64,000 nt of DNA from the NCBI RefSeq assembly GCF_053078305.1, contig NZ_CP166879.1; one strand, written 5' to 3'. The translations under genes and the position numbers were made by a program. Shown here one piece after another: positions 6,554-19,092 of the stretch. The notes under the pieces are model-generated. The model was not told the origin of the DNA, did no database searches, and worked only from the letters and a program-made list of their open reading frames with translations. Within the stretch, counting starts at the first letter, position 1. Each line of letters begins with the position of its first letter.

Positions 6554-6607
6554 TTTGGGGGCACAAATCCTCATCGAATTGACATGCCCCCGATTATGCC
6601 CCCAAAA
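6553..6607 (-). promoter_or_regulatory. Inverted repeat and GGGGGCA repeats in the int leader
   Basis: TTTTGGGGGCA (6553-6563) is the exact reverse complement of TGCCCCCAAAA (6597-6607). There is an extra TGCCCCC at 6585-6591. The proximal arm ends on the A of the int ATG. Confidence 0.55.
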
Positions 6608-6717
6608 GAGGGTAGACTACAAGAGACCAACAAAGACCATTAGATACCATACTTTACTTGTTTTTTAAGGATTTTTTTGTATTTAGAGACTTCAGGAAAC
6701 GTCAAAAGAAGTGTTAA

Positions 6718-6802
6718 TGGTGCCGAAGGCCGGACTCGAACCGGCACGTATTTCTACGGTTGATTTTGAATCAACTGCGTCTACCGATTTCGCCACTTCG
6801 GC
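6718..6802 (-). tRNA. leuX: tRNA-Leu (anticodon CAA)
   Basis: The reverse complement reads GCCGAAGTGGCGAAATCGGTAGACGCAGTTGATTCAAAATCAACCGTAGAAATACGTGCCGGTTCGAGTCCGGCCTTCGGCACCA. This is a class II tRNA with a long variable arm, a CAA anticodon and an encoded CCA. It is identical to my memory of K-12 leuX. Confidence 0.97.
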
Positions 6803-6831
6803 ACTGAAGAGGTATGCGGAAAACGTTGTGG

Positions 6832-6860
6832 ATTATACCTGTCGCACGCCACCATGCAAG
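6832..6860 (-). promoter_or_regulatory. Candidate leuX promoter
   Basis: On the minus strand there is CTTGCA (6860-6855), a 17-bp spacer, then TATAAT (6837-6832), 30 nt upstream of the mature tRNA 5' end. Confidence 0.5.
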
Positions 6861-6997
6861 CGCCAGCTTGCTCGCACCTCGCTAAGTGCTGAAATTTTCA
6901 GCATTGCATACAGCGATGTGTAACCTTTGTCACACTCCAGGCACCCCTCCCTGCCATGCTCTACACTTCCCAGACAACACCAGAGAAGGACCAAAAA

Positions 6998-8017
6998 ATG
7001 TCGATGATAAAAAGCTATGCCGCAAAAGAAGCGGGCGGCGAACTGGAACTTTATGAGTACGATCCCGGTGAATTGAAGCCACAAGATGTTGAAGTGCAGG
7101 TGGATTACTGCGGGATCTGCCATTCCGATCTGTCGATGATCGACAACGAATGGGGATTTTCACAATATCCACTGGTTGCCGGGCATGAGGTGATTGGTCG
7201 CGTAGTGGCGCTCGGGAGTGCCGCGCAGGATAAAGGTTTGCAGGTCGGTCAGCGTGTCGGGATTGGCTGGACGGCACGCAGCTGCGGGCATTGCGATGCC
7301 TGTATTAGCGGTAATCAGATCAACTGCGAGCAAGGTGCGGTGCCGACGATTTTGAATCGCGGCGGTTTTGCCGAGAAGTTGCGTGCGGACTGGCAATGGG
7401 TAATCCCACTGCCAGAAAATATCGACATTGAATCTGCTGGGCCGCTGTTGTGCGGCGGTATCACGGTCTTTAAACCACTGTTGATGCACCATATCACTGC
7501 CACCAGCCGCGTCGGCGTGATTGGTATTGGCGGGCTGGGGCATATCGCTATAAAACTTCTGCACGCAATGGGATGCGAGGTGACAGCCTTTAGTTCTAAT
7601 CCGGCGAAAGAGCAGGAAGTACTGGCGATGGGTGCCGATAAAGTGGTGAATAGCCGCGATCCGCAGGCACTGAAAACTCTGGCGGGGCAGTTTGATCTCA
7701 TTATCAATACTGTGAACGTCAGCCTCGACTGGCAGCCTTATTTTGAGGCGCTGACCTATGGCGGTAATTTCCATACGGTCGGTGCGGTTCTCACGCCGCT
7801 GTCTGTTCCGGCCTTTACGTTAATTGCGGGCGACCGCAGCATCTCTGGTTCTGCTACCGGCACGCCTTATGAGCTGCGAAAGCTGATGCGCTTTGCCGCC
7901 CGTAGCAAGGTTGCGCCGACCACCGAACTGTTCCCGATGTCGAAAATTAACGACGCCATCCAGCATGTGCGCGACGGTAAGGCGCGTTACCGCGTGGTGT
8001 TGAAAGCCGATTTTTGA
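6998..8017 (+). CDS. ahr: NADPH-dependent aldehyde reductase (Zn-dependent ADH family), 339 aa
   Basis: [45 protein letters not shown] plus the GHE motif and structural-zinc cysteines. It matches Ahr/YjgB from memory. The ORF-track start at 6956 is an extension. Confidence 0.95.
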   Translation: MSMIKSYAAKEAGGELELYEYDPGELKPQDVEVQVDYCGICHSDLSMIDNEWGFSQYPLVAGHEVIGRVVALGSAAQDKGLQVGQRVGIGWTARSCGHCDACISGNQINCEQGAVPTILNRGGFAEKLRADWQWVIPLPENIDIESAGPLLCGGITVFKPLLMHHITATSRVGVIGIGGLGHIAIKLLHAMGCEVTAFSSNPAKEQEVLAMGADKVVNSRDPQALKTLAGQFDLIINTVNVSLDWQPYFEALTYGGNFHTVGAVLTPLSVPAFTLIAGDRSISGSATGTPYELRKLMRFAARSKVAPTTELFPMSKINDAIQHVRDGKARYRVVLKADF

Positions 8018-8020
8018 AAA

Positions 8021-8584
8021 TCATTCGCAGCGCTGATCTGAGGCGCTGCCCTCTTTCGCACATATTCTGTTTTGTCGTATCGCCAGCACAGCCTGCCGAC
8101 ATTGTTCGGTGACATTGGCAATATCATGGTTGATATCAATGCGCACAATATCCTGTTCATCTGCTTGTGGACGCTCCAGCGCCTCAAACTGACTTTTTAG
8201 TAACGCTACCGGCATAAAATGCCCAGCCCGACGCTGCATTCGCGCGAGGATAGTTTCATAGTCGCCATCTAACCAGAGGAAATGAACATGGGGGCTACCC
8301 TTGCGTAAAATATCACGATACTGTTTTTTTAATGATGAACAGACAATAAATCCTGTTTCATTCTTTTTATAAAGACTGTATGAAGCATCATTTAAGCGTT
8401 CCAGCCAGGGAAGTCGATCTTCATCAGATAATGGAATACCCTGCGACATTTTATCTATATTTTTGGCTGGATGAAGATCGTCACCATCAATAAATTTAGC
8501 AGATAATAACGCGGCAACCTTGCTACCAATTAATGTTTTACCACTCCCTGAAACGCCCATCAAAATAAAGCTTTCACCCGCCAT
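8021..8584 (-). CDS. idnK: D-gluconate kinase, thermosensitive
   Basis: 187 aa with P-loop GVSGSGKT. It is divergent from idnD. Matches IdnK/GntV. Confidence 0.95.
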   Translation of the reverse strand: MAGESFILMGVSGSGKTLIGSKVAALLSAKFIDGDDLHPAKNIDKMSQGIPLSDEDRLPWLERLNDASYSLYKKNETGFIVCSSLKKQYRDILRKGSPHVHFLWLDGDYETILARMQRRAGHFMPVALLKSQFEALERPQADEQDIVRIDINHDIANVTEQCRQAVLAIRQNRICAKEGSASDQRCE

Positions 8585-8685
8585 TTAAAATCTCCTGAAT
8601 CATCTTACCTGCTGCGATACTACGCCTGGTGGCATAATAATTTCACGTTTTTTTATTTCTGCTGATAAGAATTACAAGGCACATC

Positions 8686-8701
8686 ACGTTATGCGTAACA
8701 T
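8686..8701. promoter_or_regulatory. GntR/IdnR-type operator in the idnK-idnD divergent region
   Basis: ACGTTATGCGTAACAT is a near-palindrome resembling the ATGTTAC-N2-GTAACAT gluconate operator consensus. A further TGTAAC half-site follows at about 8706. Confidence 0.6.
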
Positions 8702-8800
8702 AGTAATGTAACAATTTTCTGACGTGATCTTCATCACAAATAATGACAATTAAAACCGCTTAAATGCTTCCGAGGTGTCTACCTGACCAGTGAGGAATTT

Positions 8801-9832
8801 ATGCAAGTGAAAACACAGTCCTGCGTTGTTGCGGGCAAGAAAACTGTTGCCGTTACCGAGCAGACGATAGATTGGAATAATAATGGAACATTAGTACAAA
8901 TAACCCGAGGTGGAATTTGCGGTTCCGATTTACATTATTATCAGGAAGGAAAAGTAGGTAATTTCATGATAAAGGCACCGATGGTGTTAGGTCATGAAGT
9001 TATCGGTAAAGTTATTCATAGCGACTCATCAGAATTACATGAAGGGCAAACGGTAGCCATTAATCCGTCTAAACCGTGCGGTCACTGCAAATACTGCATT
9101 GAACATAACGAGAATCAGTGTACAGAGATGCGTTTTTTTGGCAGTGCCATGTATTTCCCTCATGTTGATGGTGGCTTTACCCGTTATAAAATGGTCGAAA
9201 CGTCGCAATGTGTCCCTTATCCGGCCAAAGCTGAAGAAAAGGTTATGGCTTTTGCCGAACCTTTAGCCGTCGCGATTCATGCCGCACATCAGGCCGGCGA
9301 GTTACAGGGCAAGCGAGTATTTATTTCTGGTGTTGGGCCCATTGGCTGCCTGATTGTCAGTGCTGTGAAAACACTGGGGGCCGCGGAAATTGTCTGTGCC
9401 GATGTGAGTCCCCGTTCCCTTTCGCTGGGCAAAGAGATGGGGGCGGATGTGCTCGTAAACCCACAAAACGACGACATGGATCACTGGAAAGCGGAAAAAG
9501 GCTATTTCGATGTCAGCTTTGAAGTGTCCGGTCATCCTTCATCAGTGAATACCTGTCTGGAGGTCACTCGTGCACGCGGCGTAATGGTGCAGGTAGGTAT
9601 GGGAGGCGCGATGGCAGAATTCCCAATGATGACGTTGATTGGTAAGGAGATTTCACTCAGAGGCTCTTTCCGTTTTACCAGCGAATTTAATACCGCAGTG
9701 TCATGGCTGGCGAATGGCGTTATCAATCCACTGCCTTTACTGAGTGCTGAATATCCCTTCACTGACCTGGAAGAGGCGCTACGTTTCGCCGGTGATAAAA
9801 CCCAGGCAGCAAAAGTCCAGCTTGTTTTCTAA
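8801..9832 (+). CDS. idnD: L-idonate 5-dehydrogenase
   Basis: 343 aa Zn-ADH/sorbitol dehydrogenase family (GICGSDLHYY, GHE). Operon position is consistent. Confidence 0.95.
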   Translation: MQVKTQSCVVAGKKTVAVTEQTIDWNNNGTLVQITRGGICGSDLHYYQEGKVGNFMIKAPMVLGHEVIGKVIHSDSSELHEGQTVAINPSKPCGHCKYCIEHNENQCTEMRFFGSAMYFPHVDGGFTRYKMVETSQCVPYPAKAEEKVMAFAEPLAVAIHAAHQAGELQGKRVFISGVGPIGCLIVSAVKTLGAAEIVCADVSPRSLSLGKEMGADVLVNPQNDDMDHWKAEKGYFDVSFEVSGHPSSVNTCLEVTRARGVMVQVGMGGAMAEFPMMTLIGKEISLRGSFRFTSEFNTAVSWLANGVINPLPLLSAEYPFTDLEEALRFAGDKTQAAKVQLVF

Positions 9833-9855
9833 GAGATAAATAAAGGAATAATACA

Positions 9856-10620
9856 ATGAACGATCTATTTTCACTGGCAGGAAAAAATATCTTGATTACC
9901 GGTTCAGCACAGGGCATTGGCTTTTTACTGGCAACCGGCCTGGGTAAATATGGCGCACAAATAATTATTAATGATATTACTGCCGAACGCGCAGAACTTG
10001 CTGTAGAAAAACTCCACCAGGAGGGTATTCAGGCCGTTGCCGCACCTTTTAATGTTACTCATAAACATGAAATTGATGCCGCCGTTGAACATATCGAAAA
10101 GGACATCGGCCCCATTGATGTGCTGGTGAATAACGCCGGTATCCAGCGCCGTCATCCTTTTACTGAGTTCCCTGAACAAGAGTGGAATGATGTGATCGCA
10201 GTAAACCAGACCGCCGTGTTCCTGGTATCGCAAGCGGTAACTCGTCACATGGTTGAACGCAAGGCAGGTAAAGTTATTAATATTTGCTCGATGCAAAGCG
10301 AACTGGGACGTGACACCATCACCCCTTATGCCGCATCGAAAGGGGCGGTAAAAATGCTCACCCGCGGCATGTGCGTCGAGCTGGCGCGCCACAATATTCA
10401 GGTCAACGGTATTGCGCCGGGCTATTTCAAAACAGAAATGACTAAAGCACTGGTTGAGGACGAAGCCTTCACCGCCTGGTTGTGCAAACGGACCCCCGCC
10501 GCACGCTGGGGAGATCCGCAGGAACTGATTGGTGCTGCGGTGTTCCTTTCTTCAAAAGCCTCTGATTTCGTAAACGGCCACCTGTTGTTTGTTGATGGCG
10601 GCATGTTAGTGGCTGTTTAA
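9856..10620 (+). CDS. idnO: 5-keto-D-gluconate 5-reductase (SDR)
   Basis: 254 aa with TGSAQGIG Rossmann motif and the YAASK catalytic motif. Confidence 0.95.
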   Translation: MNDLFSLAGKNILITGSAQGIGFLLATGLGKYGAQIIINDITAERAELAVEKLHQEGIQAVAAPFNVTHKHEIDAAVEHIEKDIGPIDVLVNNAGIQRRHPFTEFPEQEWNDVIAVNQTAVFLVSQAVTRHMVERKAGKVINICSMQSELGRDTITPYAASKGAVKMLTRGMCVELARHNIQVNGIAPGYFKTEMTKALVEDEAFTAWLCKRTPAARWGDPQELIGAAVFLSSKASDFVNGHLLFVDGGMLVAV

Positions 10621-10682
10621 CAGCCCCCCCTACGTGCAGCGCGAAAGCGCTGCTTTTCTGGCACTAATAAGAGATAAAGACT

Positions 10683-12002
10683 ATGCCATTAATCATTATT
10701 GCGGCAGGCGTCGCGCTGCTTCTTATCCTGATGATCGGCTTTAAAGTTAACGGCTTTATTGCCCTCGTTCTGGTAGCTGCCGTCGTCGGATTTGCCGAAG
10801 GGATGGATGCACAGGCCGTCCTGCACTCTATACAAAATGGTATCGGCAGCACGCTCGGCGGGCTGGCAATGATCCTCGGTTTCGGGGCCATGTTAGGCAA
10901 GCTGATTTCTGATACGGGTGCGGCACAACGTATCGCCACTACGCTGATTGCTACTTTTGGTAAAAAACGCGTGCAATGGGCGCTAGTGATCACCGGTCTG
11001 GTTGTGGGCCTCGCCATGTTTTTTGAAGTGGGTTTTGTCCTGCTGTTGCCGTTGGTATTTACCATCGTAGCATCATCAGGATTACCCCTGTTGTATGTTG
11101 GTGTACCAATGGTAGCAGCGCTCTCTGTAACCCACTGTTTTCTGCCGCCACATCCAGGGCCTACTGCCATCGCGACTATCTTTGAGGCTAATCTCGGAAC
11201 GACTTTACTGTATGGATTTATCATTACCATTCCGACAGTTATTGTCGCAGGACCGCTGTTTTCTAAACTGCTAACTCGCTTTGAGAAAGCACCACCGGAA
11301 GGCTTATTTAATCCTCATCTGTTTAGCGAAGAGGAGATGCCCTCCTTCTGGAACAGTATTTTCGCTGCCGTGATCCCGGTCATCCTGATGGCTATCGCCG
11401 CCGTTTGTGAAATTACGTTACCGAAAACTAACACCGTGCGCCTCTTCTTTGAATTTGTCGGTAACCCTGCCGTTGCGCTGTTTATTGCCATTGTTATTGC
11501 GATTTTCACACTGGGCCGACGTAATGGACGCACCATCGAGCAAATCATGGATATCATTGGGGATTCTATAGGCGCTATCGCGATGATTGTGTTTATTATC
11601 GCTGGCGGCGGCGCGTTTAAGCAGGTATTAGTAGATAGCGGTGTCGGGCACTATATTTCACACTTAATGACCGGAACTACACTTTCGCCGTTATTGATGT
11701 GCTGGACTGTTGCGGCGCTGTTGCGTATCGCTCTGGGCTCTGCCACCGTCGCGGCCATTACCACCGCGGGTGTGGTGTTGCCGATTATCAACGTTACCCA
11801 TGCCGATCCCGCTTTAATGGTACTGGCAACCGGTGCGGGCAGCGTGATCGCGTCACACGTAAACGACCCTGGCTTCTGGCTATTTAAAGGGTATTTTAAT
11901 CTGACGGTTGGTGAAACGTTGCGTACCTGGACGGTGATGGAAACCCTTATTTCTATTATGGGTTTGCTGGGGGTGTTAGCCATTAACGCCGTATTGCACT
12001 GA
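10683..12002 (+). CDS. idnT: L-idonate/5-ketogluconate/gluconate transporter (GntP family)
   Basis: 439 aa polytopic membrane protein in the expected operon position. Confidence 0.95.
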   Translation: MPLIIIAAGVALLLILMIGFKVNGFIALVLVAAVVGFAEGMDAQAVLHSIQNGIGSTLGGLAMILGFGAMLGKLISDTGAAQRIATTLIATFGKKRVQWALVITGLVVGLAMFFEVGFVLLLPLVFTIVASSGLPLLYVGVPMVAALSVTHCFLPPHPGPTAIATIFEANLGTTLLYGFIITIPTVIVAGPLFSKLLTRFEKAPPEGLFNPHLFSEEEMPSFWNSIFAAVIPVILMAIAAVCEITLPKTNTVRLFFEFVGNPAVALFIAIVIAIFTLGRRNGRTIEQIMDIIGDSIGAIAMIVFIIAGGGAFKQVLVDSGVGHYISHLMTGTTLSPLLMCWTVAALLRIALGSATVAAITTAGVVLPIINVTHADPALMVLATGAGSVIASHVNDPGFWLFKGYFNLTVGETLRTWTVMETLISIMGLLGVLAINAVLH

Positions 12003-12068
12003 AAGAATAAAATATTGTGATGTAGTTTCGGGGGAAGATTGAAGATTCCCCCGACGTTGGGAGAAGTT

Positions 12069-13067
12069 ATGCGCAATCACAGAATTTCTTTACAGGATAT
12101 CGCTACGCTGGCTGGCGTAACAAAAATGACCGTGAGTCGTTATATCCGCTCGCCGAAAAAGGTGGCAAAGGAAACAGGCGAGCGCATCGCCAAAATTATG
12201 GAAGAGATCAATTATATCCCTAATCGCGCTCCCGGCATGTTGTTGAATGCACAAAGTTATACCCTCGGTATCTTGATTCCGTCATTTCAAAATCAACTCT
12301 TCGCTGACATTCTCGCGGGAATAGAATCCGTCACCTCTGAGCATAATTATCAGACCCTTATTGCTAATTACAATTACGATCGCGATTCCGAAGAAGAGTC
12401 GGTGATTAACCTGCTCTCTTATAACATTGACGGGATTATACTTTCGGAAAAATATCACACCATCAGGACGGTGAAATTTCTGCGTTCAGCCACCATTCCG
12501 GTCGTGGAATTGATGGATGTACAGGGAGAACGGCTGGATATGGAGGTCGGTTTTGATAATCGGCAGGCCGCTTTTGACATGGTGTGTACCATGCTGGAGA
12601 AGCGAGTCAGGCACAAAATTCTGTATCTCGGTTCCAAAGATGACACCCGCGATGAACAGCGTTATCAGGGGTATTGCGATGCGATGATGCTGCATAATCT
12701 TTCCCCATTACGCATGAATCCACGCGCCATCTCATCCATTCATTTAGGAATGCAGTTAATGCGTGATGCCCTTAGCGCAAACCCGGATTTAGACGGTGTA
12801 TTTTGCACCAATGACGATATTGCGATGGGTGCGCTTCTGCTGTGCCGCGAGCGAAACCTCGCCGTGCCAGAACAAATTTCCATTGCGGGTTTTCATGGGC
12901 TGGAGATTGGCAGGCAAATGATCCCAAGCCTCGCCAGCGTAATTACTCCCCGTTTTGATATTGGTCGGATGGCCGCCCAAATGTTGCTGAGCAAAATTAA
13001 AAATAACGATCACAACCACAACACTGTTGACCTCGGGTATCAGATTTATCACGGCAACACGCTTTAG
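12069..13067 (+). CDS. idnR: LacI-family regulator of L-idonate catabolism (332 aa from [12 protein letters not shown])
   Basis: N-terminal LacI HTH ([21 protein letters not shown]). The ORF-track start at 12039 is an extension. Confidence 0.93.
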   Translation: MRNHRISLQDIATLAGVTKMTVSRYIRSPKKVAKETGERIAKIMEEINYIPNRAPGMLLNAQSYTLGILIPSFQNQLFADILAGIESVTSEHNYQTLIANYNYDRDSEEESVINLLSYNIDGIILSEKYHTIRTVKFLRSATIPVVELMDVQGERLDMEVGFDNRQAAFDMVCTMLEKRVRHKILYLGSKDDTRDEQRYQGYCDAMMLHNLSPLRMNPRAISSIHLGMQLMRDALSANPDLDGVFCTNDDIAMGALLLCRERNLAVPEQISIAGFHGLEIGRQMIPSLASVITPRFDIGRMAAQMLLSKIKNNDHNHNTVDLGYQIYHGNTL

Positions 13068-13144
13068 GTTATTTTCTCTTCATTACACGTATTCTCTTTG
13101 CCGGACGTTGCCTATACTCCAGGCAGGAAACTGGAGGAAATCTC

Positions 13145-14647
13145 ATGAGCGACCCCCTGTTAATTGCACGCACGCCGGACACAGAACTGTTTTTACTGCC
13201 GGGAATGGCTAACCGTCACGGGCTGATTACTGGCGCAACGGGGACGGGTAAAACCGTTACGCTGCAAAAACTGGCTGAGTCTCTATCGGAAATCGGCGTG
13301 CCGGTGTTTATGGCTGATGTGAAAGGCGATCTGACCGGTATCGCGCAGGCAGGAACGGCGTCGGAAAAACTGCTCACAAGGCTTAAAAATATCGGCGTCA
13401 ATGACTGGCAACCGCATGCCAATCCGGTGGTGGTGTGGGATATCTTTGGCGAGAAAGGCCATCCGGTGCGGGCGACGGTTTCGGATCTGGGGCCGCTGTT
13501 GCTGGCACGACTGTTGAATCTCAACGATGTGCAATCTGGCGTGCTGAATATCATCTTCCGCATTGCTGATGATCAGGGGCTGTTACTGCTCGACTTTAAA
13601 GATTTGCGGGCGATTACCCAGTACATCGGCGATAACGCCAAATCCTTCCAGAATCAGTACGGAAATATCAGTAGCGCATCGGTTGGTGCCATCCAGCGCG
13701 GGCTGTTATCGCTGGAACAGCAAGGCGCAACACACTTTTTTGGTGAGCCGATGCTGGATATCAAAGACTGGATGCGCACCGATGCCAACGGTAAAGGCGT
13801 TATCAATATCCTCAGCGCCGAGAAGCTTTATCAGATGCCGAAACTGTACGCCGCCAGTCTGCTGTGGATGCTTTCAGAGTTGTATGAACAATTGCCGGAA
13901 GCGGGCGATCTGGAGAAACCAAAACTGGTGTTTTTTTTCGACGAGGCACATCTGCTGTTTAACGATGCCCCGCAGGTACTGCTGGATAAGATTGAGCAGG
14001 TGATAAGGCTTATTCGCTCAAAAGGCGTGGGCGTCTGGTTCGTTTCGCAAAACCCGTCTGATATTCCGGATAATGTGCTCGGCCAGCTCGGTAATCGCGT
14101 TCAACATGCTTTGCGGGCTTTTACGCCCAAAGATCAGAAAGCGGTAAAAGCTGCGGCGCAAACCATGCGGGCCAATCCGGCGTTTGATACCGAAAAGGCG
14201 ATTCAGGAACTGGGCACCGGCGAGGCGTTGATCTCTTTTCTGGATGCGAAAGGAAGCCCTTCTGTGGTGGAGCGTGCGATGGTGATCGCGCCTTGTTCGC
14301 GGATGGGGCCGGTGACGGAAGATGAGCGTAATGGCTTGATTAATCACTCTCCGGTGTATGGCAAGTACGAGGATGACGTGGACCGGGAATCCGCCTATGA
14401 GATGTTGCAAAAAGGCTTTCAGGCCAGTAACGAGCAGCAAAATAACCCCCCCGCGAAAGGGAAAGAGGTAGCGGTGGATGACGGCATTCTTGGTGGATTG
14501 AAGGATATTTTGTTTGGCACTACCGGACCACGCGGCGGGAAGAAAGATGGTGTGGTGCAAACAATGGCCAAAAGCGCCGCTCGCCAGGTAACGAATCAGA
14601 TTGTACGCGGGATGTTGGGGAGTTTGCTGGGGGGGAGAAGAAGGTAA
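13145..14647 (+). CDS. yjgR: DUF853 / HerA-like P-loop ATPase
   Basis: 500 aa with Walker A GATGTGKT and Walker [10 protein letters not shown]. Matches YjgR. Confidence 0.93.
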   Translation: MSDPLLIARTPDTELFLLPGMANRHGLITGATGTGKTVTLQKLAESLSEIGVPVFMADVKGDLTGIAQAGTASEKLLTRLKNIGVNDWQPHANPVVVWDIFGEKGHPVRATVSDLGPLLLARLLNLNDVQSGVLNIIFRIADDQGLLLLDFKDLRAITQYIGDNAKSFQNQYGNISSASVGAIQRGLLSLEQQGATHFFGEPMLDIKDWMRTDANGKGVINILSAEKLYQMPKLYAASLLWMLSELYEQLPEAGDLEKPKLVFFFDEAHLLFNDAPQVLLDKIEQVIRLIRSKGVGVWFVSQNPSDIPDNVLGQLGNRVQHALRAFTPKDQKAVKAAAQTMRANPAFDTEKAIQELGTGEALISFLDAKGSPSVVERAMVIAPCSRMGPVTEDERNGLINHSPVYGKYEDDVDRESAYEMLQKGFQASNEQQNNPPAKGKEVAVDDGILGGLKDILFGTTGPRGGKKDGVVQTMAKSAARQVTNQIVRGMLGSLLGGRRR

Positions 14648-14667
14648 GTCAGGCGAGATTTGTCTTT

Positions 14668-14700
14668 GCCTGATGCGACGCTGGCGCGTCTTATCATGCC
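14668..14700. repeat. REP element
   Basis: GCCTGATGCGACGCTGGCGCGTCTTATCATGCC, a REP-type imperfect palindrome just after the yjgR stop. Confidence 0.8.
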
Positions 14701-14807
14701 CACCCCACAGCAATATATTGAATTTTAATTATTTTTCAGGAATGAACGAAGCACACTTTGCTAACAATAATAAAGGGAGCTTTCGCTCCCTTTATTCGTT
14801 CATTCGG

Positions 14808-15890
14808 TTACGATTTTCTCATTAACAGCCACAGGCTGATTAAGAAGAAGCTGGCGCTTGGCAACAGTGCGCCAATGATCGGCGGGATGCCGTAAACCAA
14901 CGTCAGCGGACCGAAGATCTGGTCCAGTACGTAGAAGACAAAACCGAAGCTAATACCGGTGACCACACGCACACCCATCGGTACGCTACGCAGTGGGCCA
15001 AAGATGAACGACAGCGCCATCAGCATCATCACCGCCACGGATAGCGGCTGGAAGATTTTGCTCCACATGTTGAGCTGATAACGTCCGGCATCCTGACCGC
15101 TCGACTTCAGATACTTCACATAGTTGTGCAAACCGCTGATAGAGAGTGCATCCGGGTCCAGCGCCACCACGCCCAGTTTGTCAGGCGTGAGGTTGGTTTT
15201 CCAGGTGCCGCTCACCGTCTGCGAACCGGTGATCTGTTTCGGATTGGTCAGATCAGATTCATCAACCTGCGACAGACGCCAGACTTTATGTTCCGGGTCA
15301 AACTTCGCAGTAGCGGCATAGCGTACGGATTGCAGACGACGATTCTCGTTAAAGGCATAAATGCTGATGCCACCTAACTCTTCGTCACCTTTAACCCGCT
15401 CAATGTAGACGAAGTTGTTGCCATCTTTCGCCCATAAGCCTTGCTGGGTAGAGAGCAACGAGCCGCCGTACATCGCCTGCGCACGGTAGTTACGCGCCAT
15501 CTGCTCGCCCTGCGGCGCGACCCATTCACCAATCGCCATCGTCAGTAAGACCAGCGGAATGGCGGTTTTCATCACCGACAGCGCAACCTGCATACGGGTG
15601 AAACCAGAAGCCTGCATCACCACCAGTTCGCTGCGCTGCGCCAGCATCCCAAGACCAAGCAACGCCCCAAGCAGAGCCGCCATCGGGAAGAAGATTTGCA
15701 CATCTTTCGGCACGCTCAGCAAGGTATACATTCCTGCGCCTAACGCGTCGTAACTCCCCTGCCCGGCTTTTTTCAGCTGATCGACAAACTTGATAATGCC
15801 CGACAGCGACACCAGCATGAACAGCGTCATCATGATGGTGGTGAAAATAGTTTTACCGATATAGCGGTCAAGTACGCCAAAAGGTTGCAT
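14808..15890 (-). CDS. lptG: LPS export ABC transporter permease
   Basis: 360 aa from MQPFGVLDRYIGK. ATG 15890 overlaps the lptF stop. The ORF-track start uses the upstream GTG. Confidence 0.95.
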   Translation of the reverse strand: MQPFGVLDRYIGKTIFTTIMMTLFMLVSLSGIIKFVDQLKKAGQGSYDALGAGMYTLLSVPKDVQIFFPMAALLGALLGLGMLAQRSELVVMQASGFTRMQVALSVMKTAIPLVLLTMAIGEWVAPQGEQMARNYRAQAMYGGSLLSTQQGLWAKDGNNFVYIERVKGDEELGGISIYAFNENRRLQSVRYAATAKFDPEHKVWRLSQVDESDLTNPKQITGSQTVSGTWKTNLTPDKLGVVALDPDALSISGLHNYVKYLKSSGQDAGRYQLNMWSKIFQPLSVAVMMLMALSFIFGPLRSVPMGVRVVTGISFGFVFYVLDQIFGPLTLVYGIPPIIGALLPSASFFLISLWLLMRKS

Positions 15891-16990
15891 CACACCGCTC
15901 CTTTACGCGAAAAACTGGCGCGCAGGCGGCGGACCGGCACGGTGTCCCAAAGGTTGAGAACAATCGCCAAAGCCAGATAAATCAGGTTAACGGTCCACAT
16001 CCACAGCGTCGGGTCCAGCTTACCTTTACCGCCGTTCGATTTCAGGGAGGTCTGGATCAGGAAGAAAAGTAGATACAGCAGCATGGCTGGCAGCATCGAC
16101 AGTACGCGTCCCTGACGTGGGTTAACCACGCTCAGCGGTACGACCATAAGTGCCATCATAAACACGGTGAATACCAACGTGATACGCCAGTTCAGTTCTG
16201 CGCGAGCACGATCGGTGTCAGTGTTCCACAATGTGCGCATGTCCATCTGGTCGGTATCGTTCGGGTCGAGCGCCACCGCCTGGTGACCAATGATCGCCTG
16301 ATAATCCTGGAAATCCGTAATGCGGAAATCACGTAACAGTGCAGTGCCTTCGAAGCGCGTTCCCTGGTTGAGAGTGACGACCTGGGAGCCGTCGCGCAGC
16401 TGGGTTAAATGTCCGGAATCGGCCACCACCACAGAAGGACGTGCATTACCTTTTGGTCGAATTTGCGCGAGGAACACATCTTTGAAATCGCTGCCGTCAA
16501 CGCTTTCGATGAACAGCACCGAACTGCCATTAGTCGCTTGCTGGAATTGCCCTTGCGCCAGCGCCGCCATGCCAGGGTTCGCTTTCGCTTCTGCTAACAC
16601 TTCATCCTGATGACGCGATGACCACGGTCCCGCCCACATCACGTTAACCGCCGCGACGATTGCCGTGAATACCGCAAGGATCATTGCCGCTTTCACCAGA
16701 ACCGCTTTGCTCAGGCCGCAGGCATGCATTACCGTAATTTCACTTTCGGTATACAGTTTGCCCAGCGTCATCAGCAGCCCGAGGAACAGGCTTAATGGCA
16801 GGATAAGCTGCGCCATTTCCGGCACGCCCAACCCGAGAAGGGAGAGCACCAGATTCGCCGGAATATCGCCGTCAACCGCTGCGCCGAGGATCCTCACTAA
16901 CTTTTGACAGAAGAAGATCAAAAGCAAGATGAAGAGTATCGCCAGCTGGCTTTTGAGCGTCTCCCGCACCAGATATCTTATGATTATCAC
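15890..16990 (-). CDS. lptF: LPS export ABC transporter permease
   Basis: 366 aa, MIIIRYLVRETLKSQLAILF. Matches LptF/YjgP. Confidence 0.96.
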   Translation of the reverse strand: MIIIRYLVRETLKSQLAILFILLLIFFCQKLVRILGAAVDGDIPANLVLSLLGLGVPEMAQLILPLSLFLGLLMTLGKLYTESEITVMHACGLSKAVLVKAAMILAVFTAIVAAVNVMWAGPWSSRHQDEVLAEAKANPGMAALAQGQFQQATNGSSVLFIESVDGSDFKDVFLAQIRPKGNARPSVVVADSGHLTQLRDGSQVVTLNQGTRFEGTALLRDFRITDFQDYQAIIGHQAVALDPNDTDQMDMRTLWNTDTDRARAELNWRITLVFTVFMMALMVVPLSVVNPRQGRVLSMLPAMLLYLLFFLIQTSLKSNGGKGKLDPTLWMWTVNLIYLALAIVLNLWDTVPVRRLRASFSRKGAV

Positions 16991-17253
16991 TTTAAATACG
17001 CCCGTAAAAACTCGTCTTTTGCAGGATTTTAGCTTGTTTCATGGCTTAAACGTCATTTATTCTCTTGAGTCGTCGAAATCGTCGCTAAGATAATTATACT
17101 CAACGGATTCACCTCTCAGATTTTGTTCTGACGTGCCAATGCCGTAATAACGTTAAGATTAACACGAAGTCATCGCAACAGCGGACATGAGTTACGAAAG
17201 CTTGCAATTCTATCTGTAGCCACCGCCGTTGTCTTTAAGATTCAGGAGCGTAG

Positions 17254-18768
<1,515 letters not shown>

Positions 18769-18769
18769 T

Positions 18770-19092
<323 letters not shown>

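Larger units (their letters stand above)
1..6717. mobile_element. Int-proximal part of a P4-family / PICI-like integrative element inserted at the 3' end of leuX. The far end and second att copy are outside the window.
   Basis: A tyrosine integrase lies directly next to the tRNA 3' end, followed by alpA, an Icd-like gene and a primase-helicase. Composition is mosaic compared with the flanking core. The exact junction within or next to the tRNA cannot be set without the other att copy. Confidence 0.85.

Noticed and set aside
10664-14713. Antisense ORFs in idnT (188 aa), idnR and yjgR (231 aa at 14018-14713)
   Set aside because: They are opposite well-supported genes, have no motifs, and the last one runs through a REP element.
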